Source of the DNA: a bacterium
Lineage (GTDB): Bacteria > UBA8248 > JACPRG01 > G963555815
Length of the DNA: 64,000 nucleotides
NCBI GenBank assembly: GCA_965218795.1
Contig: OZ244653.1
Location: 864,001-928,000, forward strand
Direction of reading: 5' to 3'
The position numbers were made by a program, and so were the translations under genes. This document shows positions 29,257-39,065 of the stretch, piece by piece. Position 1 is the first letter of the stretch. Every line of letters starts with the position of its first letter. The notes below the pieces were generated by a model that worked only from the letters and a program-made list of their open reading frames with translations, made no database searches and was not told the DNA's origin.

Positions 29257-31025
29257 TCGAGTAGATCGATCCCCAGTTCGCGGAGCTGCTTCTCCTCGAC
29301 GTTGGAAGGGGCATCCGTCATCAGGTCCAGGGCCCGCTGGGTTTTCGGAAACGCGATGACGTCCCGGATGGAGTCGACACCGGCCAGGATGGCGACGATC
29401 CGATCAAGCCCCAGGGCGATTCCGCCGTGGGGCGGAGTCCCGTACTCGAGAGCCTCGAGGAAAAACCCGAACTTCTCCTTGGCCTCCTCCTCCGACAGGC
29501 CCAGGGCGTCAAACATTTTCCTCTGGATTTCCCGCGTATGAATCCGGATGCTGCCCCCTCCAATCTCCTGTCCGTTGAGCACCAGGTCGTAGGCCAGTGC
29601 CCGGATTTTCCCCGGTCTCGAATCGAACAGCGGGACGTCCTCGGGCCGCGGCATGGTAAAGGGATGATGGACGGCCTGATACCGCTTCCCCTCCTCATCC
29701 CATTCCAGAAGCGGGAAGTCCGTTACCCAGCAGAACTTGAACTGGCCGGGTTCCGCCACATTGAGACGCCTCCCGACGTGGAGCCGGAGAGCGCCCAGCG
29801 CTTCGTTGGTGACATTCGGCCGATCGGCGACCATCAGGAGAAGGTCGCCGGGGCTCGCCTCCAATGCGGCAATCAGCCCGTCGAGGACTTCCCCGGAAAA
29901 AAACTTGGCGATGGGCGAATTGAGTCCTGTTTCCTCCAGCTTCATCCAGGCCAGCCCCCCGGCCCCCTGCTCGATCGCGAACCGGGTCAGGTCGTCCAGG
30001 TCCTTCCGCGACGATGAGGCCATCCCGGGCGCGGCGAACCCTTTGATCGTGCCGCCGGATTCCAGGACCTTCCGGAAGACGCCAAACTCCGTATCCTTCA
30101 CGACCTCCGTTACGTCCGTCAGCGTGAGGCCGAAGCGGAGGTCCGGCTTGTCTGAGCCGTACCTTCCCATGGCCTCCTCGTATGTGAACCGCTGGAACGG
30201 CGTTTCCACGTCCAATCCGATACACTCGCGGAAGAGTTTCTTCATCAGCCGTTCGTTCACGTCATAGACGTCCTCGCGGTCGACGAAGGACATCTCTACG
30301 TCCACCTGGGTAAACTCCGGCTGGCGGTCGGCGCGGAGGTCTTCATCGCGAAAGCAGCGGACGATCTGAACGTATCGGTCAAATCCGGAGATCATGAACA
30401 GCTGCTTGAAAATCTGCGGAGACTGGGGCAAGGCGTAGAATTTGCCCCGGTTGACCCGGCTGGGGACCAAGTAATCCCTTGCCCCTTCGGGCGTGCTTTT
30501 GGTCAAGACCGGCGTTTCCAGCTCGACAAACCCCTCTTCGTCAAAAAAGGAGCGGATGATCTGATTGGCCTTGTGGCGGAGCAGGAGGTTCTGCTGCATC
30601 ATCGGACGGCGGAGGTCCAAAAAGCGGTATTTCATCCGCACCGCATCGGATACCTCGGCATCGTCTTCGATCGTGAACGGGGGTGTTTTGGACTCGTTGA
30701 GGATCCACAGGTCGGTCGCGCGAACCTCCACTTCCCCTGTCGGAAGTCTCGGGTTGAGGTTCTCATCGGGTCTGGGGGCCACCTGACCGCGGACCGCCAG
30801 AACGTATTCGCCACGGACCGTCTCCGCCGCCCGGTGGGCTTCCTCCGACACGGCCGGGTCGACCGCGATCTGCAACAGACCCTTCCGGTCGCGCAGGTCG
30901 ATGAAGATGAGGCCGCCGTGGTCACGGGCCGCATGAACCCATCCCTTGACCACCACCGTCTGCCCTTCGTGCTCTCGCCGAAGATCGCCGCATCGGTGCG
31001 ACCGGGCGGGAATGGCTTCATTCAT
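29253..31025 (-). CDS. aspS: Aspartate--tRNA ligase
   Basis: RDHGGLIFIDLRD, STPEGARDYLVPSR, FRDEDLRADRQPEF, PPHGGIALGLDR. Confidence 0.98.
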   Translation of the reverse strand: MNEAIPARSHRCGDLRREHEGQTVVVKGWVHAARDHGGLIFIDLRDRKGLLQIAVDPAVSEEAHRAAETVRGEYVLAVRGQVAPRPDENLNPRLPTGEVEVRATDLWILNESKTPPFTIEDDAEVSDAVRMKYRFLDLRRPMMQQNLLLRHKANQIIRSFFDEEGFVELETPVLTKSTPEGARDYLVPSRVNRGKFYALPQSPQIFKQLFMISGFDRYVQIVRCFRDEDLRADRQPEFTQVDVEMSFVDREDVYDVNERLMKKLFRECIGLDVETPFQRFTYEEAMGRYGSDKPDLRFGLTLTDVTEVVKDTEFGVFRKVLESGGTIKGFAAPGMASSSRKDLDDLTRFAIEQGAGGLAWMKLEETGLNSPIAKFFSGEVLDGLIAALEASPGDLLLMVADRPNVTNEALGALRLHVGRRLNVAEPGQFKFCWVTDFPLLEWDEEGKRYQAVHHPFTMPRPEDVPLFDSRPGKIRALAYDLVLNGQEIGGGSIRIHTREIQRKMFDALGLSEEEAKEKFGFFLEALEYGTPPHGGIALGLDRIVAILAGVDSIRDVIAFPKTQRALDLMTDAPSNVEEKQLRELGIDLLE

Positions 31026-31075
31026 GAAATCCAAATCCTGTGTGCGTCGAGGGGATCATAGGTTCCCGGCTCGCT

Positions 31076-31588
31076 TCAGAAAAAAAGGAACGGTTGAGCT
31101 TGAACCGTCCAATGATGCGGTGTTTCGCTTCCCGGTCCGAGCCGTTCGAGGGCGGACTTGAGACCCTCGAGAATACGCGCGCCGTCCTTCCCGCGCAGGC
31201 CGGAGACGCCCCGCCCGATTGGGACCCACGTGTTGTTGTGCTTCACTTCAAGCCATTGCCGATCAACTCCCATATGAACGATTTGGCGAATCAGCCGGGC
31301 CCGCTGCAGATCCTGAAATCGAAGACCGCGCCGTATATCCGTCGAACGGCAGGAATTCATGTCGACCCATGAGACTCCGGCCCGGCCGAGTTCGAGGGTT
31401 TCGGGACATGTAACTCCTTTCGACAGATACCGCCTCAATTCGATCAATGCCTGGTCCTGGGGGCTCTTTGTCAACAAGGCGGCGATCGGATCCGGCTGGG
31501 CTTTCGGCGGCCTCCCGCAACCCGACACCCATCCCGCAAGCATCAGCAAACTAACGCTCAACCCAATCTTCACAATTCGGTGCCTCAT
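31076..31588 (-). CDS. Hypothetical lipoprotein
   Basis: Basic N-terminus, hydrophobic stretch and VSGC lipobox; GGAGG RBS. No family recognised. Confidence 0.6.
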   Translation of the reverse strand: MRHRIVKIGLSVSLLMLAGWVSGCGRPPKAQPDPIAALLTKSPQDQALIELRRYLSKGVTCPETLELGRAGVSWVDMNSCRSTDIRRGLRFQDLQRARLIRQIVHMGVDRQWLEVKHNNTWVPIGRGVSGLRGKDGARILEGLKSALERLGPGSETPHHWTVQAQPFLFF

Positions 31589-31758
31589 GACTTCCTCCAC
31601 CAGCGTCCGAGCCGACCTCGCGTGTCAATGCTTCTGAATGTTATCCACGGCGGGGTAGGCTGGCAAGCCCACGCCCGCCTCTTTCCTCAATCATGAATTG
31701 TTCCCCGTTTCGGACCCATGTTATAAGGTGAGGCTGAATCGTCATTGCGGCGGAAGAT

Positions 31759-34219
31759 ATGACGACCCCATTCTTTCATATGGCCTTGGGCCTCCTGACC
31801 GGGATACTCCTGACCTCGGCACAGGGCCCCCTCGCGGTGAAAATCGTTTGGGCGGCGCTGATGGTCGGGTGTTACGCCTTCCACCTCCAGCCCCGGGACA
31901 ACCGCCTTTTTGCCCGCGCCACCCTTGCAACATTCGGAATCGGCGTGGTTCTCCATCTGCTGAACCTGGGATTCGGCGGGGGGAACGCCGGGTTGCCGGA
32001 GAGCCTCCGCTCTCAACGTCTCACGTTGTACGGGACAATCGACGCCCCCGTCGAGAGAAACCGGAAGACCGACCGCCTGTACCTGGCGCTGAACCGAGCC
32101 GAATGGCGCGGCCGGTCGCTCCCCCTCTCCGGTCGCGCCCGTCTGACAGTTTATCAAAAAGGGGTTTCCGCACAGTACGGGGATCGGGTTCGAATTCGCA
32201 ACGTCCGGCTTCATCATCCCCGTGGATTTCAGAATCCCGGCTCCTTCGATTACGAGACCTAACCTGGCCGTGCGCGGGATTGTGGCGGTCGGAGGAATCA
32301 GTCGTCTATCGCAGATCGCAACCCTGAAGGCGGGAGCGCTGTCGTTCCGTTCCGCGCTCTACGATTTTCGGAAGCGGCTGATCCAAACCGTCCGGGCCGG
32401 ACTGCCCGGCCTCGAATCCCAGGTGTTGAACGCGATCCTCTTTGGAGAACGGCACGACGTCCCCCCGGAAATCCGATCCGCCTTCCGGGATTCCGGCGCG
32501 GCCCACCTCCTGGCCATATCCGGTCTCCACGTCGGCTTCGTCGCCATGTTCCTGTACCAAGCGCTTTTCTGGACCGCCCAGTGGATGCCGCGGAGGATAC
32601 GTGTGAGCCTGCCTGCCTTTCTAACGCCTGCGAGAGCGGCGGCCCTGGGGGCACTGCCTCTCGTCCTGGCCTACATGGTCATCGCCGGCGCCCGTGTCTC
32701 GACGGTGCGGGCGACCGTCATGGTCGGCGCATACCTGGTCGCCCGGTTCCTCCAAAGGGAGCGAAACCACTTCAATACCCTCGGGCTGGCCGCAATTCTG
32801 ATTCTTCTTTGGGACCCACGATTTCTTTTCGATACGGGGTTCCAACTCTCCTTCGTTGCCGTTCTGGTCATCCTGGCGAGCCTGAGGGAGTACGGCGGGG
32901 GGAATCGAATTCAAGACTTCCTCCGAATCACGGTTCTGGTATCGACCGCGATGATTCCCATCCTGGCGTTCCATTTTCATCGGGTCAGCCTGTATGGAAT
33001 CGCCGCCAATGTCGCGCTGATCCCCCTCGCCTCGCTGCTGGTTCCGGCCGGATTGACGGCATCCCTGCTCGGGGCGACGTTGCCCCTGGCCGCGAAAACA
33101 TTCTTTTTCCCGGTCCATCTGCTCATGGTTTCTCTGATAGAAACAGCGCGATGGTTCGCGGAGCTGCCCGGGGCCGTTTTCAGAGTACGGCCCCCCACGC
33201 CCCTGATGCTCCTCGCGTTGTATAGCCTGGGCGCCGCTTGGGTGGGGTTGCGGGCCCGCGGACGATCGCGGTGGGTAGCGGCCGCGGCTTCGATCGCCCT
33301 CTTTGTCGGTGCGACACTCTGGAACGCCTACGTGACCTCGGATCTGAAGGAACGTGACAACTTGAGAATCACGTTTCTGGACGTGGGCGACGCGGACGCG
33401 ACCTTCGTCAGGCTTCCGGACGGACGGAACTTCCTGGTCGACGCCGCTGGAAAACTATCCGAATCCTTCGATGTGGGCGAGGCCGTCGTCCTGCCCTATC
33501 TCGAAAAGCAGTGGATCCGGAAACTCGACTACGCCTTGCTGACCCATCCGGAGCAGGACCACGCCGGCGGCTTGATTCCCATTCTTAAGACCCTGCCCGT
33601 CGGTCAACTGTGGGAAAGCGGGCTTCTTTCCTCCAACAGCCTCCGCCTCCGCGTTCTGAAGACCGCAAAGGAGCGTGAAGTGCGGATTCGAGCGGTCCGA
33701 AGAGGGACCCGGCTCGTCGGCCGGGGATTTCGGATAGAGGTACTGCACCCTCATCCGCTTCGCAGGCACGCGGGCTTTCGGCGGGACAACGATCAGTCCG
33801 TCGTCCTGCGTATTGTGCATGGAAAGATGCGCATCCTGCTGGCTTCCGATTTGGAGAAACGCGGGGAAAGGGAACTCGTCCGTTCAGGGCAGGATTTGAG
33901 CGCAGAGGTCTTGCGCGTCCCCCACCACGGCAGCCGGACCTCCAGCAGCAACGCCTTCCTCCGCCGGGTGCGCCCCCGGGTCGCCGTCATTTCGGCAGGC
34001 CGCCCCTGGAGGGGGCACCCTTCCCGGCGAGTCGTCCGACGGTACGCGAATTGGAGCGCGCTGATCTTTCGAACGGATCGGGATGGGGCCATCCATCTCC
34101 GGTCGGACGGCGAGACGTATCGCGTGTCCGGAACCAGGCCTTCCGCCCACCGGTTCGAGGCCCGAGCGGGGACCGCCGCCTTTACGCGGCTCGCGCCCGA
34201 AGACCTTGCCCAAGATTGA
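31759..34219 (+). pseudogene. comEC: DNA uptake competence protein ComEC/Rec2, frameshifted
   Basis: N-terminal ORF ends NPGSFDYET* at 32262. The +1 frame continues LAVRGI...HLLAISGLHV...GFQLSF...THPEQDH...PHHGS...RTDRDGAI. One extra A (TAC to TAAC) at 32261-32262. Confidence 0.88.
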
Positions 34220-34314
34220 CTTCCGTTTCCGCCGGAACCATTCTTTTACGGTTGTTGTCGAGCAAAGCCTTCGCCGCACTGTTTGCCTGCGATGGATTGG
34301 CCGAGGGAGAAAGG

Positions 34315-35077
34315 GTGACCGGTCCTGGATTAAAATCCTGAGATTTCCGAAACGGGACTGGGCGCCCTGGCGGCATCCCGTTATACCGTCGCTCTCACCG
34401 GAGCCGGCGTTTCCGCCGAGAGCGGAATCCCCACCTTTCGCGGAGAAGGAGGGCTGTGGCGAAACCATCGCCCCGAACAACTGGCCACGCCGCAGGCGTT
34501 CGACGAGGACCCCGGGTTGGTTTGGGAATTCTATGACTGGCGCCGCTCGGTGATACACCAAGCCCGGCCGAGCCCGGCCCATGAAGCATTGGCCGCGATG
34601 GAGGAGGCGTCCGAGGAATTTGCTCTTCTGACGCAGAATATTGATGGCTTTCACCGTGACGCCGGAAGCAGAAACATTGTCGAACTCCACGGCAACATTT
34701 GGGAAGTCAGAAGCCTCGCGGACGGAAGTATCCGCGAGAACCGGCAGGTCCCCATCGACCCCCTGCCCCCGAAGGAGGGGTCGGGCGCCCTCCTGCGGCC
34801 CAATGTCGTGTGGTTTGGCGAATCGCTGGATCCGGGCATCCTGGAAACTGCCTTCCGGGTCTCGGGCGAATGTCATTTCATGATCGTCGCAGGAACCTCC
34901 GCCGTGGTGCAGCCCGCCGCGCATCTGCCCTTGCTGGCCAAGCGGAACGGGGCGTACGTTCTGGAGGTGAATCCGGAGCCGACCCCGATATCCGAATGGG
35001 TCGATGAAACCCTCCACGGGAAGGCTGGTGAAATCCTGCCGGCCCTTGCCGAGGCCGTGGTCAGGGGTGAATCGTAG
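34315..35077 (+). CDS. cobB: NAD-dependent protein deacylase (sirtuin, CobB type); 5' end appears frameshifted
   Basis: ALTGAGVSAESGIPTFRG, YDWRR, TQNIDG, ELHG, LRPNVVWFGE, GTSAVVQPAA. An in-frame TAA at 34331 precedes the first motif, and the GTG 34315 with an RBS is out of frame by one base. Confidence 0.85.
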
Positions 35078-35135
35078 CAATCTCCGCGCTCGTTGCGAAA
35101 CGGGACGCGCCCGGGAACAGAGGAAAATTTTCGAA

Positions 35136-36398
35136 GTGAAGAGAGAAAGAGTCCGCGCTGTCCGCGGCGTTCAAGACATCCTCCCAAAGGACACGCCCGG
35201 ATGGCAGCGGGTCGAAGCCGTATCCCGGGACGCTTTTCACCGGTATGGCTACGGGGAGATCAAGGTCCCCGTCTTTGAGAAGACGCCTTTATTCGCCAGA
35301 GGGATCGGCGAGGCCACGGACATCGTTCATAAGGAGATGTACACCTTCGAGGACCGGGGCGGCGACAGCCTGACCCTCCGTCCCGAAGCGACGGCGTCGA
35401 TCGTCCGGGCGTACATGGAGCATCACCTGGAGAAGACCGGGGACGTCGTCAAGGTTTTCGTTATCGGTCCGATGTTCCGTTATGAGCGCCCCCAGGCGGG
35501 ACGTCTTCGCCAATTCAACCAGATCGACTGTGAGGTCTTCGGCAGCGCACACCCGGCGGTCGACGCAGAAGTCATCTCGCTCGCGTGGGAAATTCTCACC
35601 GGCCTCGGACTCAAAGGATTGAGCGTCGAGTTGAATACGCTGGGCGAGCCCTCGGACCGGCCGGTTTATCAGGAGGCGCTGAGGACATATTTCGGCGGAT
35701 ACCTCGACAGCCTATGCGGGGATTGCAACCGGCGGTTTCACGACAACCCCTTGCGCATTCTCGACTGCAAGGTCGAAGGCTGCCGGCAGATCGCCGCGAA
35801 GGCCCCCGCCTTTCTCGATCATGTCAGCGAAAAATCGAGAGGAATCTTCGAAGAAGTCCAGCGGTACCTGCAGGAGCAGGACATCCCCCACAAAGTGAAC
35901 CACCGGCTGGTGAGGGGACTCGACTACTATACCCATACGGCATTCGAAATCACCGCCGAGGGTCTGGGCGCGCAAAACGCGGTGGCGGGCGGCGGCCGTT
36001 ACGACGGTCTGGTCGAAACCCTGGGCGGGCCACCGACCCCGGCCACCGGCTTCGCCATCGGGATCGAACGCCTGGTCTCGCTGGTTCCCGATCAACCGGA
36101 CGAAAGGGATGGACGGAAGGTCTTTCTGGTGGCGCTGGGAAGGCAGGCGGAGGCTCGTGCCTTCGGGTGGGCGCAGTCTTGGCGAAAGGCCGGCCTTTCG
36201 GTTCTCTGGGACTACGAGGGCAGAAGCCTGAAGGCCCAGATGAAAAAGGCCGACCGCTCGGGGGCGGCATACGCCGTGCTGATCGGCGATGACGAGCTCG
36301 ATGCGGCGGAGGCGCAGGTCAGAGACTTGAGGGAAGGCTCTCAGGAGGCCGTTCCTCTGGACCGTATCGCCGAAAGCATCCTGGACCGATCTCACTGA
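35136..36398 (+). CDS. hisS: Histidine--tRNA ligase
   Basis: RGVQD, KEMYTF, LRPEATA, FRYERPQAGRLRQF, LVRGLDYY, GGGRYDGL. Confidence 0.97.
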   Translation: MKRERVRAVRGVQDILPKDTPGWQRVEAVSRDAFHRYGYGEIKVPVFEKTPLFARGIGEATDIVHKEMYTFEDRGGDSLTLRPEATASIVRAYMEHHLEKTGDVVKVFVIGPMFRYERPQAGRLRQFNQIDCEVFGSAHPAVDAEVISLAWEILTGLGLKGLSVELNTLGEPSDRPVYQEALRTYFGGYLDSLCGDCNRRFHDNPLRILDCKVEGCRQIAAKAPAFLDHVSEKSRGIFEEVQRYLQEQDIPHKVNHRLVRGLDYYTHTAFEITAEGLGAQNAVAGGGRYDGLVETLGGPPTPATGFAIGIERLVSLVPDQPDERDGRKVFLVALGRQAEARAFGWAQSWRKAGLSVLWDYEGRSLKAQMKKADRSGAAYAVLIGDDELDAAEAQVRDLREGSQEAVPLDRIAESILDRSH

Positions 36399-36465
36399 CC
36401 AAGTCGGGCTCAGCTTCCGGGCATCCCGGAGAGGGACTCCCACTGTCTACCGTTCAGGGAGGGGG

Positions 36466-36984
36466 TCAGAAACGCTCCGGCCGATCCTCAAGGGTCCTCG
36501 CATCTTCTTCCAGCCTGGCATCTCCGCCCGGCCGGCGGCGGACGGACTCCGAATGAATATCGTAATCACCGGGGTCGGATTCCCTCCAATGAGCCTGGGC
36601 GTGAACGTTGATCGTTCCTCGGTCGATCCGCTCCATGATTTTTCTCACCACCCATCTCTGGATGATGATCCTCGTCCCGGGAATCAGACAGAAAAATCCG
36701 ACGAGGTCCGTCAGCAGGCCCGGCGTCAGCAGGAGCGCTCCACCCACCAGTATGAACGCCCCGTCGATGAGCTCGCTGGACGGTGGGCTCCCGGCATGAA
36801 TCGCCTCCCGAATTCGCCTCAAAACGCCCACCCCCTGTGCCCGGGCGAGCCAGGCGCCGGCCGCCCCCGTTACGAGGACAATGGAGATGGTGCTGATCGC
36901 CCCAATCTCCTTTCCAACCTGGATTAAGACGGCCAACTCAAACAGAGGAATCGCCGTGAAGAGGAAAAACAGCTTGAGAATCAT
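36466..36984 (-). CDS. fxsA: FxsA family membrane protein
   Basis: IPLFELAVLIQVG...ARAQG...GGALLLTPGLLTDLVG. Confidence 0.9.
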   Translation of the reverse strand: MILKLFFLFTAIPLFELAVLIQVGKEIGAISTISIVLVTGAAGAWLARAQGVGVLRRIREAIHAGSPPSSELIDGAFILVGGALLLTPGLLTDLVGFFCLIPGTRIIIQRWVVRKIMERIDRGTINVHAQAHWRESDPGDYDIHSESVRRRPGGDARLEEDARTLEDRPERF

Positions 36985-37136
36985 CCAAACCCGCCTTTGA
37001 AGATTCGCCCTATCGAATGTGAACCAAAGAACAGATTAGGGGCAGGCCGGCAATCCGTCAAATCAGGTTCTCACGATTCATCTAATCTCTCTGAATTCCT
37101 TTATTCCCATTCCAAACGATTTCACACGAAAAAGCG

Positions 37137-37145
37137 TGTTATAAT
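37137..37145 (+). promoter_or_regulatory. Extended -10 promoter element for the K+ channel gene
   Basis: Perfect TGnTATAAT (TGTTATAAT) about 60 bp upstream of ATG 37205 in an AT-rich spacer. Confidence 0.6.
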
Positions 37146-37204
37146 ATTGTTCTGCAAGGCGGCACAAAACGAAAGCGGTTTCGTACTCATTCAATGGAGC
37201 TTTC

Positions 37205-38212
37205 ATGGTCAGGAAAATCCTGGTGCTGACCTCAACGCTCGTCGCCTTGTTTCTTGGAGGAACCGTTGGCTTCAAATTCATCGAGGAAGACTGGACATAC
37301 TTCGACTCTTTTTACATGACGGTGATCTCGCTGACGACGGTGGGTTACGGCGAAGTCCGACCCTTGAGTCACGCAGGGCGGGTTTTCACGGTCTTTCTAC
37401 TGCTCGGAGGCGTCGGCACCTTGGCCTACGGAATTTCCACCACCACCGCATTTTTGGTGGGCGGTCAGTTCGCCCAAGTCATGAGGAAGCGGGCCATGGA
37501 ATCAAGGATCCGACAGTTGTCCGCTCATATCGTCCTGTGCGGACTGGGAGAGACGGGACGTCATGTGGCCGAGGAATTCGTCCGGACGCATCGCACCTTC
37601 GTTGCGGTTGAAAAAGACCCGGAGCGCATCGCCACACGTCTCAAGGAATTCTCGGGTCTCCTTTATGTCGAGGGGGATGCAACGAGCGAAGGTTGCCTGG
37701 AGAGCGCCAACATTCACAATGCGTTCGGCCTGGTGACCTGCCTTCCGGATGACAAGGACAATATCTTCGTGGTGCTGACGGCGCGCGAGTTCAGTCCCAA
37801 TATCCGAATCATCTCCCGCGTCATTCATCCGGATGCGGAGGCCAAACTACAAAAGGTGGGAGCCGACGCTACGGTCTCCTCAAACTATATCGGCGGGATG
37901 CGCATGGCGTCGGAGTTGCTCCGGCCGACTGTGGTTTCCTTCCTGGATACGATGCTGCGGGATTCCAGCGAGACTTATCGTGTAGAGGAGGCCACCATCA
38001 CTGCGGGTTCTCCCTTGATGGGCAAGAGTCTTCGGGAAGCCTCGATTCCCCGAAAGACGGGCCTGCTGGTTCTGGCCGTCCAGAAAAATGGAGATCGGCG
38101 GTACACGTACAACCCGGAGGCGGACAGTCGCCTCGAGGCGGGGGACACCATCGTGGTGATAGGCAAAATGGATCAGATCGACCAGATCCGCGAAATGGCG
38201 GAACACGGCTAA
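37205..38212 (+). CDS. Potassium channel with TrkA-N/TrkA-C (RCK) domains
   Basis: TTVGYG selectivity filter, two TM helices, CGLGETG Rossmann motif, EGDAT, C-terminal RCK_C. Confidence 0.93.
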   Translation: MVRKILVLTSTLVALFLGGTVGFKFIEEDWTYFDSFYMTVISLTTVGYGEVRPLSHAGRVFTVFLLLGGVGTLAYGISTTTAFLVGGQFAQVMRKRAMESRIRQLSAHIVLCGLGETGRHVAEEFVRTHRTFVAVEKDPERIATRLKEFSGLLYVEGDATSEGCLESANIHNAFGLVTCLPDDKDNIFVVLTAREFSPNIRIISRVIHPDAEAKLQKVGADATVSSNYIGGMRMASELLRPTVVSFLDTMLRDSSETYRVEEATITAGSPLMGKSLREASIPRKTGLLVLAVQKNGDRRYTYNPEADSRLEAGDTIVVIGKMDQIDQIREMAEHG

Positions 38213-38228
38213 TCGACGGAGGTGTAAC

Positions 38229-39050
38229 TTGGCTGCCAAGCGAAGGATCCACACCGCGTCGTCCGGCGTTTTGGACGATCCCATGGATGCGGTTTCGTGG
38301 GCCGTAGCGTTCGCGAACACGGAGTTGACCGAAGAGAATTGGAAGGAGCGCCTTTGGAACTGGTTCCGGGTTTCCTTTCATGGTGATGACGGTCAGGCTC
38401 CCGAAGCAGCCGAGCCGGTCGTTTCCGGGAAACGATCCCCTCGCTGGCATTACGGAGGCATGGGACCGACGCTGGCCCATATCCACCGGACCCAGGAAAG
38501 TATCCGGGAGATGCTGGAGACCCTGACTGACCGGGGGACCATCCCGCGGGAAGTCGTCGAGAGGGTCAACAGCTATCTGATGGGCTTGCATGGATTCAAA
38601 TTCCATATCATCACAGAATTACCCTACGGCAGTGAGACCGTCCGAGAGGCGAACCGCTCCCTGCGGTCCGGCCCGGGCGATGCCTCTCCAGAAAGCGGAA
38701 ATAACGGCGGAGAATCGAAATCTCCGGAGAAGCAGAAAGGGATTCGGCCTCAGACTTTGCGCCTTGAGCCGAAGACCTATGACCTCAGAAGCCTTTTTTA
38801 TTATAAGATTTCGCTGTTCCTGATCAGTGCAGCGGCCCGGCGCATACGCAAGTGCAAGCAATGCGGAGAATATTTTATCCAGCGCTTCAACCACCGAAAG
38901 CTCTACTGCGGTGACCTGTGCAGATTCCGATCGCACAATGAGGCGCGGGGCAGAAGGTTCCAGCCCGATCAGAAAAGGGCCGCCACGGCGGGGGGAGATG
39001 ACAACCAGGTCTGGTGGCGCAAATACGAAGGAAATTCCCCCTCGAAGTAG
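38229..39050 (+). CDS. Hypothetical protein with C-terminal CGNR-type zinc finger
   Basis: GGAGGT RBS before TTG; RIRKCKQCGEYF...KLYCGDLCRFRSH. Confidence 0.65.
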   Translation: MAAKRRIHTASSGVLDDPMDAVSWAVAFANTELTEENWKERLWNWFRVSFHGDDGQAPEAAEPVVSGKRSPRWHYGGMGPTLAHIHRTQESIREMLETLTDRGTIPREVVERVNSYLMGLHGFKFHIITELPYGSETVREANRSLRSGPGDASPESGNNGGESKSPEKQKGIRPQTLRLEPKTYDLRSLFYYKISLFLISAAARRIRKCKQCGEYFIQRFNHRKLYCGDLCRFRSHNEARGRRFQPDQKRAATAGGDDNQVWWRKYEGNSPSK

Positions 39051-39065
39051 CATCAGAGGGACCGG

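Noticed and set aside
31641-31649. DnaA box TTATCCACG / replication origin
   Set aside because: A single imperfect box with no cluster and no AT-rich unwinding element.
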